In this document: piece after piece, positions 10,783 through 22,998 of the stretch | Layout: each line of letters begins with the position of its first letter | Position numbering within the stretch: position 1 is the first letter of the stretch | Source: Pristiophorus japonicus | Lineage: Eukaryota | Reading direction: 5' to 3' | DNA: 64,000 nucleotides | Assembly: GCF_044704955.1 (NCBI RefSeq) | Contig: NC_091984.1 | Coordinates: forward strand, 144,026,001 to 144,090,000 | Program-made: the position numbers and the translations under genes | Notes under the pieces: model-generated | Seen by the model: only the letters and a program-made list of their open reading frames with translations | Databases searched by the model: none | Told to the model about the DNA's origin: nothing

Positions 10783-13675
10783 GGGCTAGAACCTCCTCTT
10801 TTATTGCCTGTTTAATGCCCACTTAACACCCATTTTACCACTGAAATGACATATAATGCCCAGATATCACCCATTTTGGTACAAAATGGAAACTGACGGG
10901 CTTTTTTAGGAGACTTGTCGCCGAGCGTTACTTTCCCAATGGGCTTAACGCAGAGAATAAATATTATCGCCCACCTACTTTTTTGGGGCGGAATCAGCAG
11001 AATGGGCAAATTCAACGCCCATATTATCACCCAGCGTTACTTTCCTCATGGAATTAATGCCGAGATTCAACATTAACACCCGGCGACTATTTTTTGTCAT
11101 GAACAGCATATTTACCCAAAGTAACGGCCATGGAGATCATCCACCGTCAATTTCACCACCTCGTACACATATCGCCCACAATATCGCTCGCTCAAAAAAC
11201 CGCCCACAAAAAGTGGAACTAACCAGAACGAATCACAGCGTTATGGACGCCGTGATGTAGATCACATGTCGCGTCCTTTCACCTCGACAGAGTTCGGATG
11301 TACTCTGCAGGTCGTTGGAGTTGATGTGAACATCTCTGAAAACATCTTGACCACACTGTGACCGATTGGAATTGAAGAGGTGTGCTCGTCGGGACATTCT
11401 TTGCTTGTGTGCAATTGGTGACAGACAGAGAGCTACTGCAATGGGGCCTGTCCTTTCTCACCCTCTCTTGGTGACCAAATATATGCAGCAGACTCAACAT
11501 CGCTGAAGGAACGCTACATTGCATTATGTGCCCAATGTACGAAATAACGGACAGATGAGGAGGACCAGACGTTACACCCCCCGCAAGTACAAGGAGAAGC
11601 ATTCTTACCTCGACTTGCCTGACACCACCTGCCTTCGGAGACTGCGCTTCCACAAAGAGGTTATCACTGAGGTATGCCAGCTGATAAGGGCAGGCCTACA
11701 GCCTGGCAGCACCATCAGAACTGCACTGTCCGTCGAGGTCAAAGTCACCACGCCACTATCGTTCTATGCCTCGGGTTCTTTTCAGGCCACAGCTGATGAC
11801 ATTTGCAGACTTTCACAGCATGCCACACATTGCTGCATTAGACAGGTCACTGAAGCCCTGTACGCACACAGGAGGGACTTGATCAGCTTCCCTATGACCA
11901 GGGAGGCACAGAGTGAGAGGGTTCGAGGTTTCTCCAGAATTACAAACTTCCCCAAGATGCAGGGAGCGATAGACTGTACGCACATCGCGATGTGAGCAAC
12001 TTTTCAGGATGCTGAGGTTTTCAGGATTCCACAAGGGATTCCACTCCCAGAATGTCCAGCTGGATGTCGACCACCAGCAAATTATACTGGCAGTGAATGC
12101 TCAATTTCCGAGCAGCATCCATGATGCGCACATCCTGCGTGAGAGCACTGTATCTGACTTGTTTAACAATGAGACACAAGGTCAATGCTGGACGCTTGGG
12201 GACAAAGGATATGGCCATGCCACCTTGCTGATGTTCCCCCTGCGTGACACCCACACCGAGGCCGAGAGGTGCTACAATGAGAGCCACAGAGCAACTCGCA
12301 ATATCGTGGAGAAAACGTTGGATTGCTGAAGCAGCGCTTTAGATGCCTGGACCACTCATGAGGCGAGCTCCAATACCACCCTGAGCAGGTAGCTCAATTC
12401 GTGGTGATGTGCTCCATGCTACACAACTTGGCTATCAGGCGGGGACAAGAATTGCCTGATGAGCCTGACAGTCCATCTCACCAGAGAGAGGAAGAGGAGA
12501 ATGAGGAGGTGGACGCAGACATCGGGTCAGACAATCAGGCTGACGCTGAAGACATGCCCCGCCCTTCTGTAGACCGCATGAAAGGGCCCATGGTGGCATG
12601 ATAGCTGCAAGAGCCTTACGTCAGGAGCTCATCAATGATCGCTTTGCCTGAAAGAACGTTGGTGTTATTTCCACGGCTGACACACTGCTGGGTGTGCAGG
12701 TCATAAATCAATTGTGGGCATCACCTTGCTGACCATTAAAGTTTACTTTGCTTGAAGTTAAGTGTGATTATATCCTTTGATGTTAACGAATCACAGCTAT
12801 CTGAGCCAATGTGCTGCAAGGTTTTGTTAAATAAAAAACATTTAAACCGAACATTAGTCTGAAATCATCAGTAATTCTGTACAAACCAACCCTTCCCCTG
12901 AGCCACCCCGCTTCTCCTCCCCAACTCTACCCCTTCCCCTTCCCCTCCTGACTCCAAGCTGCCTGGCCACCGAGATTCTCAGGCAATGCTTCATTGGGAG
13001 GTGGGTGGTGACGGCCGAGGCACTGCTTGTCGGAAACGCGAGAGGACGGTCCCAAGGTGGGAACGTGCTTCGAGCCAGAAGCGAGATGTTGCTCCTGGCT
13101 CTCATGTGTGGTTGGCAATGGGGTTGCGTCACCTTGAGGTGCAGTGCGGCACTCCGGGACCACTGGGAGCCCTCTGCCACCAGTGTTCCTGGCTACCAGC
13201 TCCAGGGCCTCCTCCATCCCTTACATGTTATATGTTATTTGTGGGACAAAAACTCGATGCTAACTATGTTCTTGGTGCTTAGTGCGCTTTTTGCTGCTGG
13301 TGAATCTCCCTCGTGCCTCCCACAACAGCCAAACAAACACACACCACAGACACACATGCTTTCAGTGCCTCTGAGCTCCCTCTCTCTCCGTCTCCTCTTC
13401 TGCGTTTGTCATGGTGACCCTTGACCTCCAGAATCGCGGGAATGGACCATTGCCATGCTGTTGCTCAGGACGGCCAAACTTTATAGCAGAAGGTCAGAAA
13501 ATTTAACACTACCGCCCATTTGATATCGTTCGCGGTAACGCACATTTTCAAAGATATAATCGAAGTGTTTTGAGAATGGGCGAGAAGCCGACGATCTGAA
13601 AACCCTTTTTTACCGCCCACACTGGAAATCACGCCCATTTTTGGGTGCTAAGCTCAAAAGTGGAGGTTCTAGCCC
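10783..13675 (+). mobile_element. PIF/Harbinger DNA transposon with 20-bp TIRs
   Basis: Left TIR GGGCTAGAACCTCCTCTTTT; right end reverse-complements to GGGCTAGAACCTCCACTTTT (19/20). Flanks CTG/TTG form a near-perfect 3-bp TSD. Contains a transposase remnant. Confidence 0.9.
11519..12650 (+). pseudogene. Harbinger (HARBI1-like) DDE transposase, disrupted
   Basis: Motifs CLRRLRF, LSFYASGSFQ, QGAIDCTHI, KGFHSQNVQ, SSIHDAHIL, LGDKGYG, YNESHRATRNIVE and CSMLHNLAI. Stops and frameshifts present. Confidence 0.9.
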
Positions 13676-14825
13676 TTGGTGTCTCCAGTGAGCTTGTGTT
13701 CCCACCCTGGTCAATCAAGTTCAGGGCCTCACGTAACAACTCCATTCTTGTTATGCATGAAGTCAGTTTTGGTCCCTGACCACAGCATGTCCTTAATTGT
13801 CCAGCTTCATTCCAAAAGCTGGTATTAAGCAATTTTTAGTTCACGGTCTCCTTCTGTGCTTTTCTGAAGATTGGTAACCTTATACACAACACCGCCCTCT
13901 CCCACCCCCAAAACCACCCCTCTCCCAACCCAACACCGCCCCCAACTCCCAACCCCAACACAACCCCTCTCCACCCCACAACACCCACCTTAAACTGACA
14001 CACACAGCAGGCAGGACTTATATGGGCACACGACCCTCCGCGGGACACATCATCACTGAGGGCTCATATCCCCTGGCCTCACAATGGAAACCATGGCAAC
14101 ACAGAAGCCACAGGGGTGGACCAATCACAGCAAAGTGCTACAGACTGTGCATTTGTGCCTGAGAGAGTAACGAGGAGAGAGCTTCAATCTATTTAACCCT
14201 TCGATCCCTGGCTGCCGTCTGAAAACTACGCCCGAGTTGGCAGAGGCAGTGACTACATTATTCCCGCTGTTATTCTGCGCCCTGCTCATTCATCTCAACC
14301 CCTGTGTTAATGTTTCTCTGCTCAATGGTACTGCTCCCCACGGCAAATCCAACCAGTGAGATTTCTCAGCTGGGTGTGAAACATGGAGAAGCAGAGATGG
14401 GCATGGACTGTGTGGGGGCACTAAAGGACCCACTGGCTCCGACCAATAATAAAACAGTAGGTAAGGACACGGTGAAAAGGGGGGATGGGTCCAGATAATG
14501 GACCTGGGCAAGTCCGACAAGGAGGCTGTCCTGCCGGCCAGAGCGATGGTGAAATACGCTTGCCTCAGCCTGCCTGGCATTGTGGAAGGGGAGGCAGCTC
14601 CGATCCTTACCGTCCCAGACTGTCAGCCAATCACCGTGGCTTCCTCCTTCGGAGAGCTGTTCAAATCTCCACGGGTTTCACAGCTGCAGCTCACAGACAC
14701 GCTGGTGAGCAGATTGTTGGGGTGTTTGCTCTACACTTGTCCAGTTGCTGTGTGTCACGGGCATGGGCAACATTACAATTGGAGCCCATTACTGGTCTCA
14801 TAAAGTGACGGGCACATTGATTAGT

Positions 14826-15512
14826 CTGAGCTTTCGACCACACATCCGCAGCATAACTAAGACCATCTATTTCCATCTCCGTAACATCGCCCATCTCCAC
14901 CCCTGCCTCAGCTCATCCGCTGCTGAAACCTTTATCCATGCTTTGTTATCTCTAGACTCGACTATTCCAACGAACTCCTGGCTGGCCTCCTACATTCTAC
15001 CCTACGTAACCTAGAGGTGATCCTAAACTCGGCTGCCCGTGTCCTAACTCGCACCAAGTCCTGCTCACCCATCACCCCTTTGCTCACTGACCTACATTGG
15101 CTCCCGGTTAAGTAATGCTTTGATTTGAAATTTCACATCCTTATTTTCGAATCGCTCCATGGCCTTGTTCCTCCCTATCTCTCTAATCTCCTCCAGTCCA
15201 TAACGCCACTAGACATCCGCGTTCCTCTAATTCTGCCCTCCTGAGCATCCCTGATTATAATCACTCCACCATTGGTGGCTGAGCCTTCTGTTGTCGAGAC
15301 CCCCAAGCTCCTAAACTCCCTCCCTAAACCTCTCCGCCTCTCTACCTCTCTTTCCTCCTTCAAGATGCTCCTTAAACTCTATCTCTTTGACCAGTGCTAA
15401 TTTCTACTTATGTGGCCCGGTTTCAAATTTATATCGCATAATACTCCTGTGAAGTGCCTTGGGACGTTTCACTACGTTAAAGGCGCTATATAAATACAAG
15501 TTGCTGTTGTTG
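14826..15512 (+). mobile_element. L2-clade LINE 3' fragment
   Basis: TIYFHLRNIAHLHPCLSSSAAETFIHAL, SRLDYSN-like and HITPLLTDLHWLP-like segments; (TTG)n tail. Confidence 0.8.
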
Positions 15513-15843
15513 TGGGGGAACAAGGAGAACCAGAAGGAGGCGCTGTCGAGCCTCTCCAAGAACATAATCCAGTTGAGAGCAGACACCATCCAACTGTTTG
15601 TAGACAAAACCCACGCAAGGATTCAACGGCTCTGCGATGCCGTGTGATAAAGTGCGGGCTGAAGCGCTCAGTGTGCTGGGGAACTTGGCCATGGGGGGAA
15701 TCGGAGGGTCCAGGTGTTGCTGCACCTGGATGGAAACAGTGTTGAACAACAGGTCCTGTTGTTCAACACTGCGCTCGGTATTCCCACGTATTGGATCTGC
15801 TCAGTCTTCCTCAGTCACTGAGAATGATCCAGGGGAATCCAAC

Positions 15844-16262
15844 AGGAACATACCATTATTGTTGCCGGGGTGGGGAGAGAGGAGATGAATATACCATTAT
15901 TGTACCGGAGTGCGGGGGTGGAGAGGAGAGGGAGAGGTGAGGAACATACCAATATTGTCCCTGGGGGTGTGGGGGGAGGAACCTACCATTAGTGTCCCCG
16001 GCGGGGGAGAAGAGAGGGAGAGGTGAGGAAGATGCCATTATTGTCCCGCTGGGGAGAGCGAGAGGTGAGGAACATACCACTATTGTCCGGGGGGTGGGGG
16101 GGAGAGGAGAGGAACATGCCATTATTGTCCCCAGGGGTGGAGAGGAGAGGGTGAGGTGAGGAACATACCATTATTGTCCCCGGCAGGGGAGTTGGCGGGG
16201 GGTGGGGGGGTGCAGGGGCGAGGAGAGGGCGGCGTGAGGAACTTGCCATTATATTCCCCAGG
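15844..16262. repeat. Purine-rich satellite (GAGGAACATACCATTATTGTCCC plus G-rich spacer), left part
   Basis: The GAGGAACATACCATTATTGTCC core recurs every 45-60 bp. The same array resumes at 21318. Confidence 0.85.
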
Positions 16263-16270
16263 GGGGTAGA

Positions 16271-19200
16271 TGTGTGGAACGTCGGCGAGAGGCGACAGTC
16301 CGGGGTCAGCGCGAGGCCTATAAAGGCCGCGAGATCAGGAGTTGGGCAACGTCGGAGAGAGGTGACTGTCCGGGGTCAGCGAGAGGCCTATAAAGGCCGC
16401 GAGATCAGGAGTCGGGCAGCGTCGGAGAGAGGTGACAGTCCGGGGTCAGCGCGAGGCCTATAAAGGCCGCAAGATCAGGAGTTGGGCAACGTCGGAGAGA
16501 GGCGACAGTCCGGGGTCAGCGAGAGGCCTATAAGGCCACAAGATCAGGAGTTGGGCAGCGTCGGAGAGAGGTGACAGTCCGGGGTCAGCGAGAGGCCTAT
16601 AAAGGCCCGGCTTGTACAGCTACAGGGAGAAGGCAAAAAAGAAGTAGAAAGAAATAGAAAGGTGATGTCACAGCCAAGGGGGTAAGTGATTGGCTGGTGA
16701 TTGGTGAGTAGTTTTTCTTTTTTCTCTTCGATATCAGTGAGTAACTTTTAGCAGTGTTGTTGGCAATTTAAGTTCATCGAAGGGTTAAGTCATGGCAAGA
16801 GAGCTCGGACACATGTTATGCTCCTCCTGTACTATGTGGGAAATCAGGGACGCCTTCAGTGTCCCTGACGACTACGTGTGCGGGAAGTGTATCCGCCTCC
16901 AGCTCCTGACAGACCGCGCTGCGGAATTGGAGCTGAAGGTGGATTCACTCTGGAGCATCCACGATGCTGAGAATGACGTGAATAGCACGTTTAGTGAGTT
17001 AGTCTTACTGCAGGTAAAGGGTCCACAGCCAGATACAGAATGGAAGACCAACAGGAAGAGCAGTGCAAGGAAGGTAGTGCAGGGATATCCTGTGGTCATC
17101 CCCCTGCAAAACAGATACACCACTTTGAGTACTGTTGAGGGGGATGACTCATCAGGGGGGAACAGCAGCAGCCAAGTTCATGGCACCGTGGCTGGCTCTG
17201 CTGCACAGGAAATAGACTGGGAGAGCGATAATGATAGGGGATTCAATTGTAAGGAGAATAGATAGGCGTTTCTGCGACCGCAACCGAGACTCCAGGATGA
17301 TATGTTGCCTCCCTGGTGCAAGGGTCAAGGATGTCTCGGAGCGGGTGCAGGAAATTCTGAAAAGGGAGAGTGAACAGCCAGTTGTCGCAGTGCACATTGG
17401 TACCAAAGATATCAGTAAAAAACGGGATGAGGTCCTACGAGACGAATTTAAGAAGCTAGGAGCTAAATTAAAAAATAGGACCTCAAAAGTAGTAATCTCG
17501 GGATGCCTACCAGTGCTCGTGCTAGTCAGAGTAGGAATTGCAGGATAGCTCAGAAGAATACGTGGCTTGAGCAGTGGTGCAGCAGGGAGGGATTCAAATT
17601 CTTGGGGCATTGGAACCGGTTCTGGGGGAGGTGGGACCAGTACAAACCGGACGGTCTGCACCTAGGCAGGACTTGAACCAATGTCCGAGGAGGAGTGTTT
17701 GCTAGTTGGGGAGGAGTTAAACTAATATGGCAGGGGGATGGGAACCAATGCAGGGAGACAGAGGGAAACAAAATGGAGACAGAAGCAAAAGACAGAAAGG
17801 AGATGAGTAAAAGTGGAGGGCAGAGAAACCCAAGGCAAAAAACAAAAAGGGCCACTTTGCAGCAAAATTCTAAAGGGTCTAAGTGTGTTAAAAAGGCAAA
17901 CCTGAAGGCTCTGTGCCTCAATGCGAGGAGTATTCGGAATAAGGTGGATGAATTAACTGTGCAGATAGCAGTTAACGGATATGATGTGGTTGGCATCACA
18001 GAGACATGGCTCCAGGGTGACCAAGGCTGGGAACTCAACATCCAAGGGTAATCAACATTTCGGAACGATAGACAGAAAGGAAAAGCAGGCGGGGTGGCGT
18101 TGCTATTGAGGGAGTGCAGCGAAGGTTCACCAGACTGATTCCCGGGATGGCGGGACTGACCTATCAAGAAAGACTGGATCAACTGAGCTTGTATTCACTG
18201 GAGTTCAGAAGAATGAGAGGGGACCTCATAGAAACATATAAAATTCTGACGGGGTTAGACAGGTTAGATGCAGTAAGAATGTTCCCAATGTTGGGGAAGT
18301 CCAGAACCAGGGGTCACAGTCTAAGGATAAGGGGTAAGCCATTTAGGACCGAGATGCGGAGGAACTTCTTCACCCAGAGAGTGGTGAACCTGTGGAATTC
18401 TCTACCACAGAAAGTTGTTGAGGCCAATTCACTAAATATATTCAAAAAGGAGTTAGATGAGGTCCTTACTGCTAGGGGGATCAAGGGGTATGGCGAGAAA
18501 GCAGGAATGGGGTACTGAAGTTGAATGTTCAACCATGAACTCATTGAATGGCGGTGCAGGCTAGAAGGGCCGAATGGCCTACTCCTGCACCTATTTTCTA
18601 TGTTTCTATGTTTCTATGTAAAGAGGAAATTAATGCAATTGTAAGGAAAGACATTAGCTTGGATGATGTGGAATCGGTATGGGTGGAGCTACGGAACACC
18701 AAGGGGCAGAAAACGCTAATGGGAGTTGTGTACAGACCTCCAAACAGTAGTAGTGATGTTGGGGAGGGCATCAAACAGGAAATTAGGGGTGCATGCAATA
18801 AAGGTGCTGCAGTTATCATGGGTGACTTTAATATGCATATAGATTGGGCCAACCAAACTGGAAGCAATACGGTGGAGGAGGATTTCCTGGAGTGCATAAG
18901 GGATGGTTTTCTAGACCAATATGTTGAGGAACCAACTAGGAGGGTGGCCATCTTAGACTGGGTGTTGTGCAATGAGAGAGGATTAATTAGCAATCTCGTT
19001 GTGCGAGGCCCCTTGGGGAAGAGTGACCATAATATGGTGGAATTCTGCATTAGGATGGAGAATGAAACAGTTAATTCAGAGACCATGGACCAGGACTTAT
19101 AGAACGGTTACTTTGAAGGTATGAGGCATGAATTGGCTAGGATAGATTGGTGAATGATACTTAATGGGTTGACAGTGGAGGGGCAATGGCAGACATTTAG

Positions 19201-21317
19201 AGACCGCGTGGATGAACTACAACAATTGTACATCCCTGTCTGGCGTAAAAATAAAAAAGGGAAGGTGGCTCAACCGTGGCTATCAAGGGAAATTAGGGAT
19301 AGTATTAAAGCCAAGGAAGTGGCATACAAATTGGCCAGAAATAGCAGCGAACCCGGGGACTGGGAGAAATGTAGAACTCAGCAAAGGAGGACAAAGGTTT
19401 TGATTAGGGCAGGGAAAAGAGAGCACGAGAGGAAGCTTGCAGGGAACATTAAAATGGACTGCAAAAGCTTCTATACATATGTAAAGAGAAAAAGGTTAGT
19501 AAAGGCAAATGTAGGTCCCCTGCAGTCAGAATCAGGGGAAGTCATATCTGGGAACAAAGAAATGGCAGACCAATTGAACAAGTATTTTGGTTCGGTATTC
19601 ACTAGGAAGGACACAAACAATCTTCCGGATATAAAAGGGGTCAGCGGGTCGAGTAAGAAGGAGGAACTGAGGGAAATCCTTATTAGTCGGGAAATTGTGT
19701 TGGGGAAATTGATGGGATTGAAGGCCGATAAATCCCCAGGGCCTGATGGTCTGCATCCCAGAGTACTTAAGGAGATGGCCTTGGAAATAGTGGATGCATT
19801 GACAGTCATTTTCCAACATTCCATAGACTCTGGATCAGGTCCTATGGAGTGGAGGGTAGCCAATGTAACCCCACTTTTTAAAAAAGGAGGGAGAGAGAAA
19901 ACAGTGAATTATAGACCGGTCAGCCTGACATCGATAGTGGGTAAAATGATGGAATCAATTCTAAAGGATGTCATAGCAGCGCATTTGGAAAGAGGCGACA
20001 TGATAGGTCCAAGTCAGCATGGATTTGTGAAAGGGAAATCATGCTTGACAAATCTGGAATTTTTTGAGGATGTTTCCAGTAGAGTGGACAAGGGAGAACC
20101 AGTTGATGTGGTGTATTTGGACTTTCAGAAGGCTTTCGACAAGGTCCCACACAAGAGATTAGTGTGCAAAGTTAAAGCACATGGGATTGGGGGTAGTGTG
20201 CTGACGTGGATTGAGAACTGGTTGTCAGACAGGAAGCAAAGAGTAGGAGTAAATGGGTACTTTGCAGAATGGCAGGCAGTGACTAGTGGGGTACCGCAAG
20301 ATTTTGTGCTGGGGTCCCAGCTGTTTACATTGTACATTAATGATTTAGACGAGGGGATTAAATATAGTATCTCCAAATTTGCAGATGACACTAAGTTGGG
20401 TGGCAGTGTGATCTGCAAGGAGGATGCTATGAGGCTGCAGAGTGACTTGGATAGGTTAGGTGAGTGGGCAAATGCATGGTAGATGAAGTATAATGTGGAT
20501 AAATGTGGGGTTATCCACTTTGGTGGTAAAAACAGAGAGACAGACTATTATCTGAATGATGACAGATTAGGAAAAGGGGAGGTGCAACGAGACCTGGGTG
20601 TCATGGTACATCAGTCATTGAAGGTTGGCATGCAGGTACAGCAGGTGGTTAAGAAAGCAAATGGCATGTTGGCCTTCATAGTGAGGGGATTTGAGCACAG
20701 GGGCAGGGAGGTGTTACTACAGTTGTAAAGGGCCTTGGTGAGGCCACACCTGGAGTATTGTGTACAGTTTTGGTCTCCTAACTTGATGAAGGACGTTGTT
20801 GCTATTGAGGGAGTGCAGCGAAGGTTCACCAGACTGATTCCCGGGATGGCGGGACTGACATATCAAGAAAGACTGGATCAACTGGGCTTGTATTCGCTGG
20901 AGTTCAGAAGAATGAGAGGCGATCTCATGGAAATGTTCAAAATTCTGACGGGTTTAAACAGGTTAGATGCAGGAAGAATGTTCCCAATGTTGGGGAAGTC
21001 CAGAACCAGGGGTCACAGTCTAAGGATAAGTGGTAAGCCATTTAGGACCGAGATGAGGAGAAACTTCTTCACCCAGAGAGTGGTGAAACTGTGGAATTCT
21101 CTACCACAGAAAGTTGTTGAGGCCATTTCACTAAATATATTCAAAAAGGAGTTAGATATAGTCCTTACGACTAGGGGAATCAAGGGGTATGGTGAGAAAG
21201 CAGTAATGGGGTACTGAAGTTGCATGTTCAGCCATGAACTCATTGAATGGCGGTGCAGGCTCGAAGGGCCAAATGGCCTACTCCTGCACCTATTTTCTAT
21301 ATTTCTATGTTTCTATA
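16271..21317 (+). mobile_element. Near full-length CR1 LINE (tandem-repeat 5' UTR, ORF1 zinc-finger/SGNH esterase, ORF2 APE-RT), inactivated
   Basis: About five 70-bp 5' repeats. ORF1 CSSCTMWE...CGKC and GDSIVR...CLPGA. ORF2 LNARSI, MGDFN, YLDFQKAFDKVPH and FADDTK. 3' (TATGTTTC)n tail. Premature stops. Confidence 0.95.
18105..18618 (+). mobile_element. 5'-truncated CR1 3' end nested in the endonuclease region of the host CR1
   Basis: QRRFTRLIPG...GYGEKAGMGY plus 3' UTR and tail interrupt GGVALL|VKEEINAIVRK. Confidence 0.9.
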
Positions 21318-21842
21318 GCATTATTGTCCCTGGTGCAGGATGGGGGAGAGGTGAGGAACATAACATTATTGGTCCTGGGGTGTGGGGGGATGGGGGAGAG
21401 GAGGGGGCAAGGTGAGGAACATACCATTAATGTCCACAGGGGGAGAGAGGAGGGGGATAGGTGAGTAACATACCATTTATTTCACCGTGGGGGGTGAAGA
21501 AGAGGTGAGGAACATATCATTAATGTCCCCAGGGGAGGGGGTGGTACGGCATTGGGAGAGGGAGACCGACAGGGAGTAGTGTGGAACATACCATTATTGT
21601 CCCCAGCGGGGGAGAGGTAGAGAGAGAAGTGAGGAACATATCATTATTGTCCACAGAGGGGGAGAGGGGAGGAGAGGTGAGGAACATACCATTATTGTCC
21701 ACAGGGGGGGAGAGGAAGTGGAGAGGTGAGGAACATACCATTATTGTCCACAGGGGGGCAGAAGTCGAGAGAGAAGTGAGGAACATACCATTATTGTCCC
21801 CGGGGGGGAGGGGCGGGTCGAGGAGAGGGAGAGGTGAGGAAT
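21318..21842. repeat. Purine-rich satellite, right part
   Basis: Same GAGGAACATACCATTATTGTCC unit as 15844-16262. Confidence 0.85.
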
Positions 21843-22943
21843 GGTAGCACCAGCTTTCTGGCCATTTTTATGAGCAATACTTTAAATCCTTAAATGCAAA
21901 AGCCCAAGAAAGAACTGTCCTGTTTGGCGAGCTTGTGGGGGTGGCACTGAGGTGCATTCATATACAACCGGACATTTCACACTGACAGGCTGGGTGGCAG
22001 GGAACCCAGGCCCATTGATGTCATCACCATCTAAAGTGATTACTGGGAACAATATCCCGAGAGGTAACTCAGAGACACTGTGCCTTCGCATTATTAAAGC
22101 ACAGTCACCACTCAGTCCCAACCCAAACTGGTGCAAGGCAGGAAATGACCGGCCCATTGTCTTCCAGGAGATAAGCCGGTTAAGCAAGATCGGTTTGTGA
22201 TCGAAACCCATTACCTGCTAATGGGGGCCATCAACTCAGGAAACGACAGACATCCAGTAATCAGCACCCATTGTCTCTCCAGAGGCAAGGCCTGGGAGCG
22301 GGAAAACAAAATATCATTTTTCACAAAGATTTCAAAGGCTACGAGGCACTCCAGGCCACGGTGGGGGGCGTCCAGACAGATCACCGGAGTCAATCCATCG
22401 GTCAGTATTGGCGGGAGGAAAGGTGATGGGTTTTGGGGATATAAGGAGCCGCTTTGCAACGGTCTGAAGTTATCTTCATTCAATGAAACACCGCTAGATG
22501 CTGAACACTGCTCTTCAATCCTCACCAACTGACCTCGACTCAAACTGGAACTTGGATTCTGCATCGGTGGTACGGAACCAGGAGCGAGACGTTCAGAAAG
22601 AAGCTGCAAGCAAGACAACGGGCAATCCGTGTGAGCATATTGCCTGCACCTACACATCCGCAAGACCACTTAGCTGTGTGAGGGGGTGATTGTAAGTCCC
22701 AACCAAACCCAAGGGGTTTACTGCTGGGGGGTCCTGTGTTAGTTTATTTCACGGGAGGGTTCTTTTATTAATCCATGGTAACTTAGCACGGCAGGGCTTA
22801 TTGGACAAGCCAGGGTTGTACTGTTTTGCACTGTTTATGTGTGGTGTTGTTAATCTTATAAAACATAATACGGTTGAGCCCGAATAATCCCTATCATCCA
22901 GAACTTGCATTTTCGGTACGCCCGAGAAAAGCACCTACAGATA
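21843..22943 (+). repeat. 5' LTR of element 2
   Basis: Direct repeat of 28384-29483 except for a replaced central block. TATA-like GGGATATAAGG at about 22436. Confidence 0.9.
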
Positions 22944-22944
22944 T

Positions 22945-22962
22945 TGGCGACCGCGGCAGGAC
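22945..22962 (+). promoter_or_regulatory. Primer-binding site of element 2 (tRNA-Ser-like)
   Basis: TGGCGACCGCGGCAGGAC, 1 nt after the LTR. Resembles the complement of vertebrate tRNA-Ser 3' ends (TGGCG...GGCAGGA). Confidence 0.8.
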
Positions 22963-22998
22963 GATAAGTTTTGTGTCGGATCATAGGCAAGACCCGAA

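Larger units (their letters stand above)
2757..13830 (-). mobile_element. Endogenous retrovirus-like element 1 (5' LTR-PBS-gag-pro-pol-env-like), 3'-truncated, with its 5' LTR interrupted by a Harbinger transposon
   Basis: PBS at 10100-10117; gag 9261-7661; protease; RT (LDISNGFWSIPL, LPQGFHNSP, YVGD); two RNase H domains; integrase with HHCC and GPY motifs; then a glycoprotein ORF. No 3' LTR. The outer LTR boundary is approximate. Confidence 0.85.

Noticed and set aside
11519-12650. Host HARBI1 gene
   Set aside because: It is disrupted and enclosed by TIRs, so it is a transposon copy.
14100-14810. Short ORFs in seemingly unique sequence (also 15512-15790)
   Set aside because: No recognisable domain or splice structure; cannot be assigned without a search.
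21952-22200. 82-aa ORF repeated at 28493-28741
   Set aside because: It is duplicated only because it lies in both LTRs, and has no recognisable protein features.
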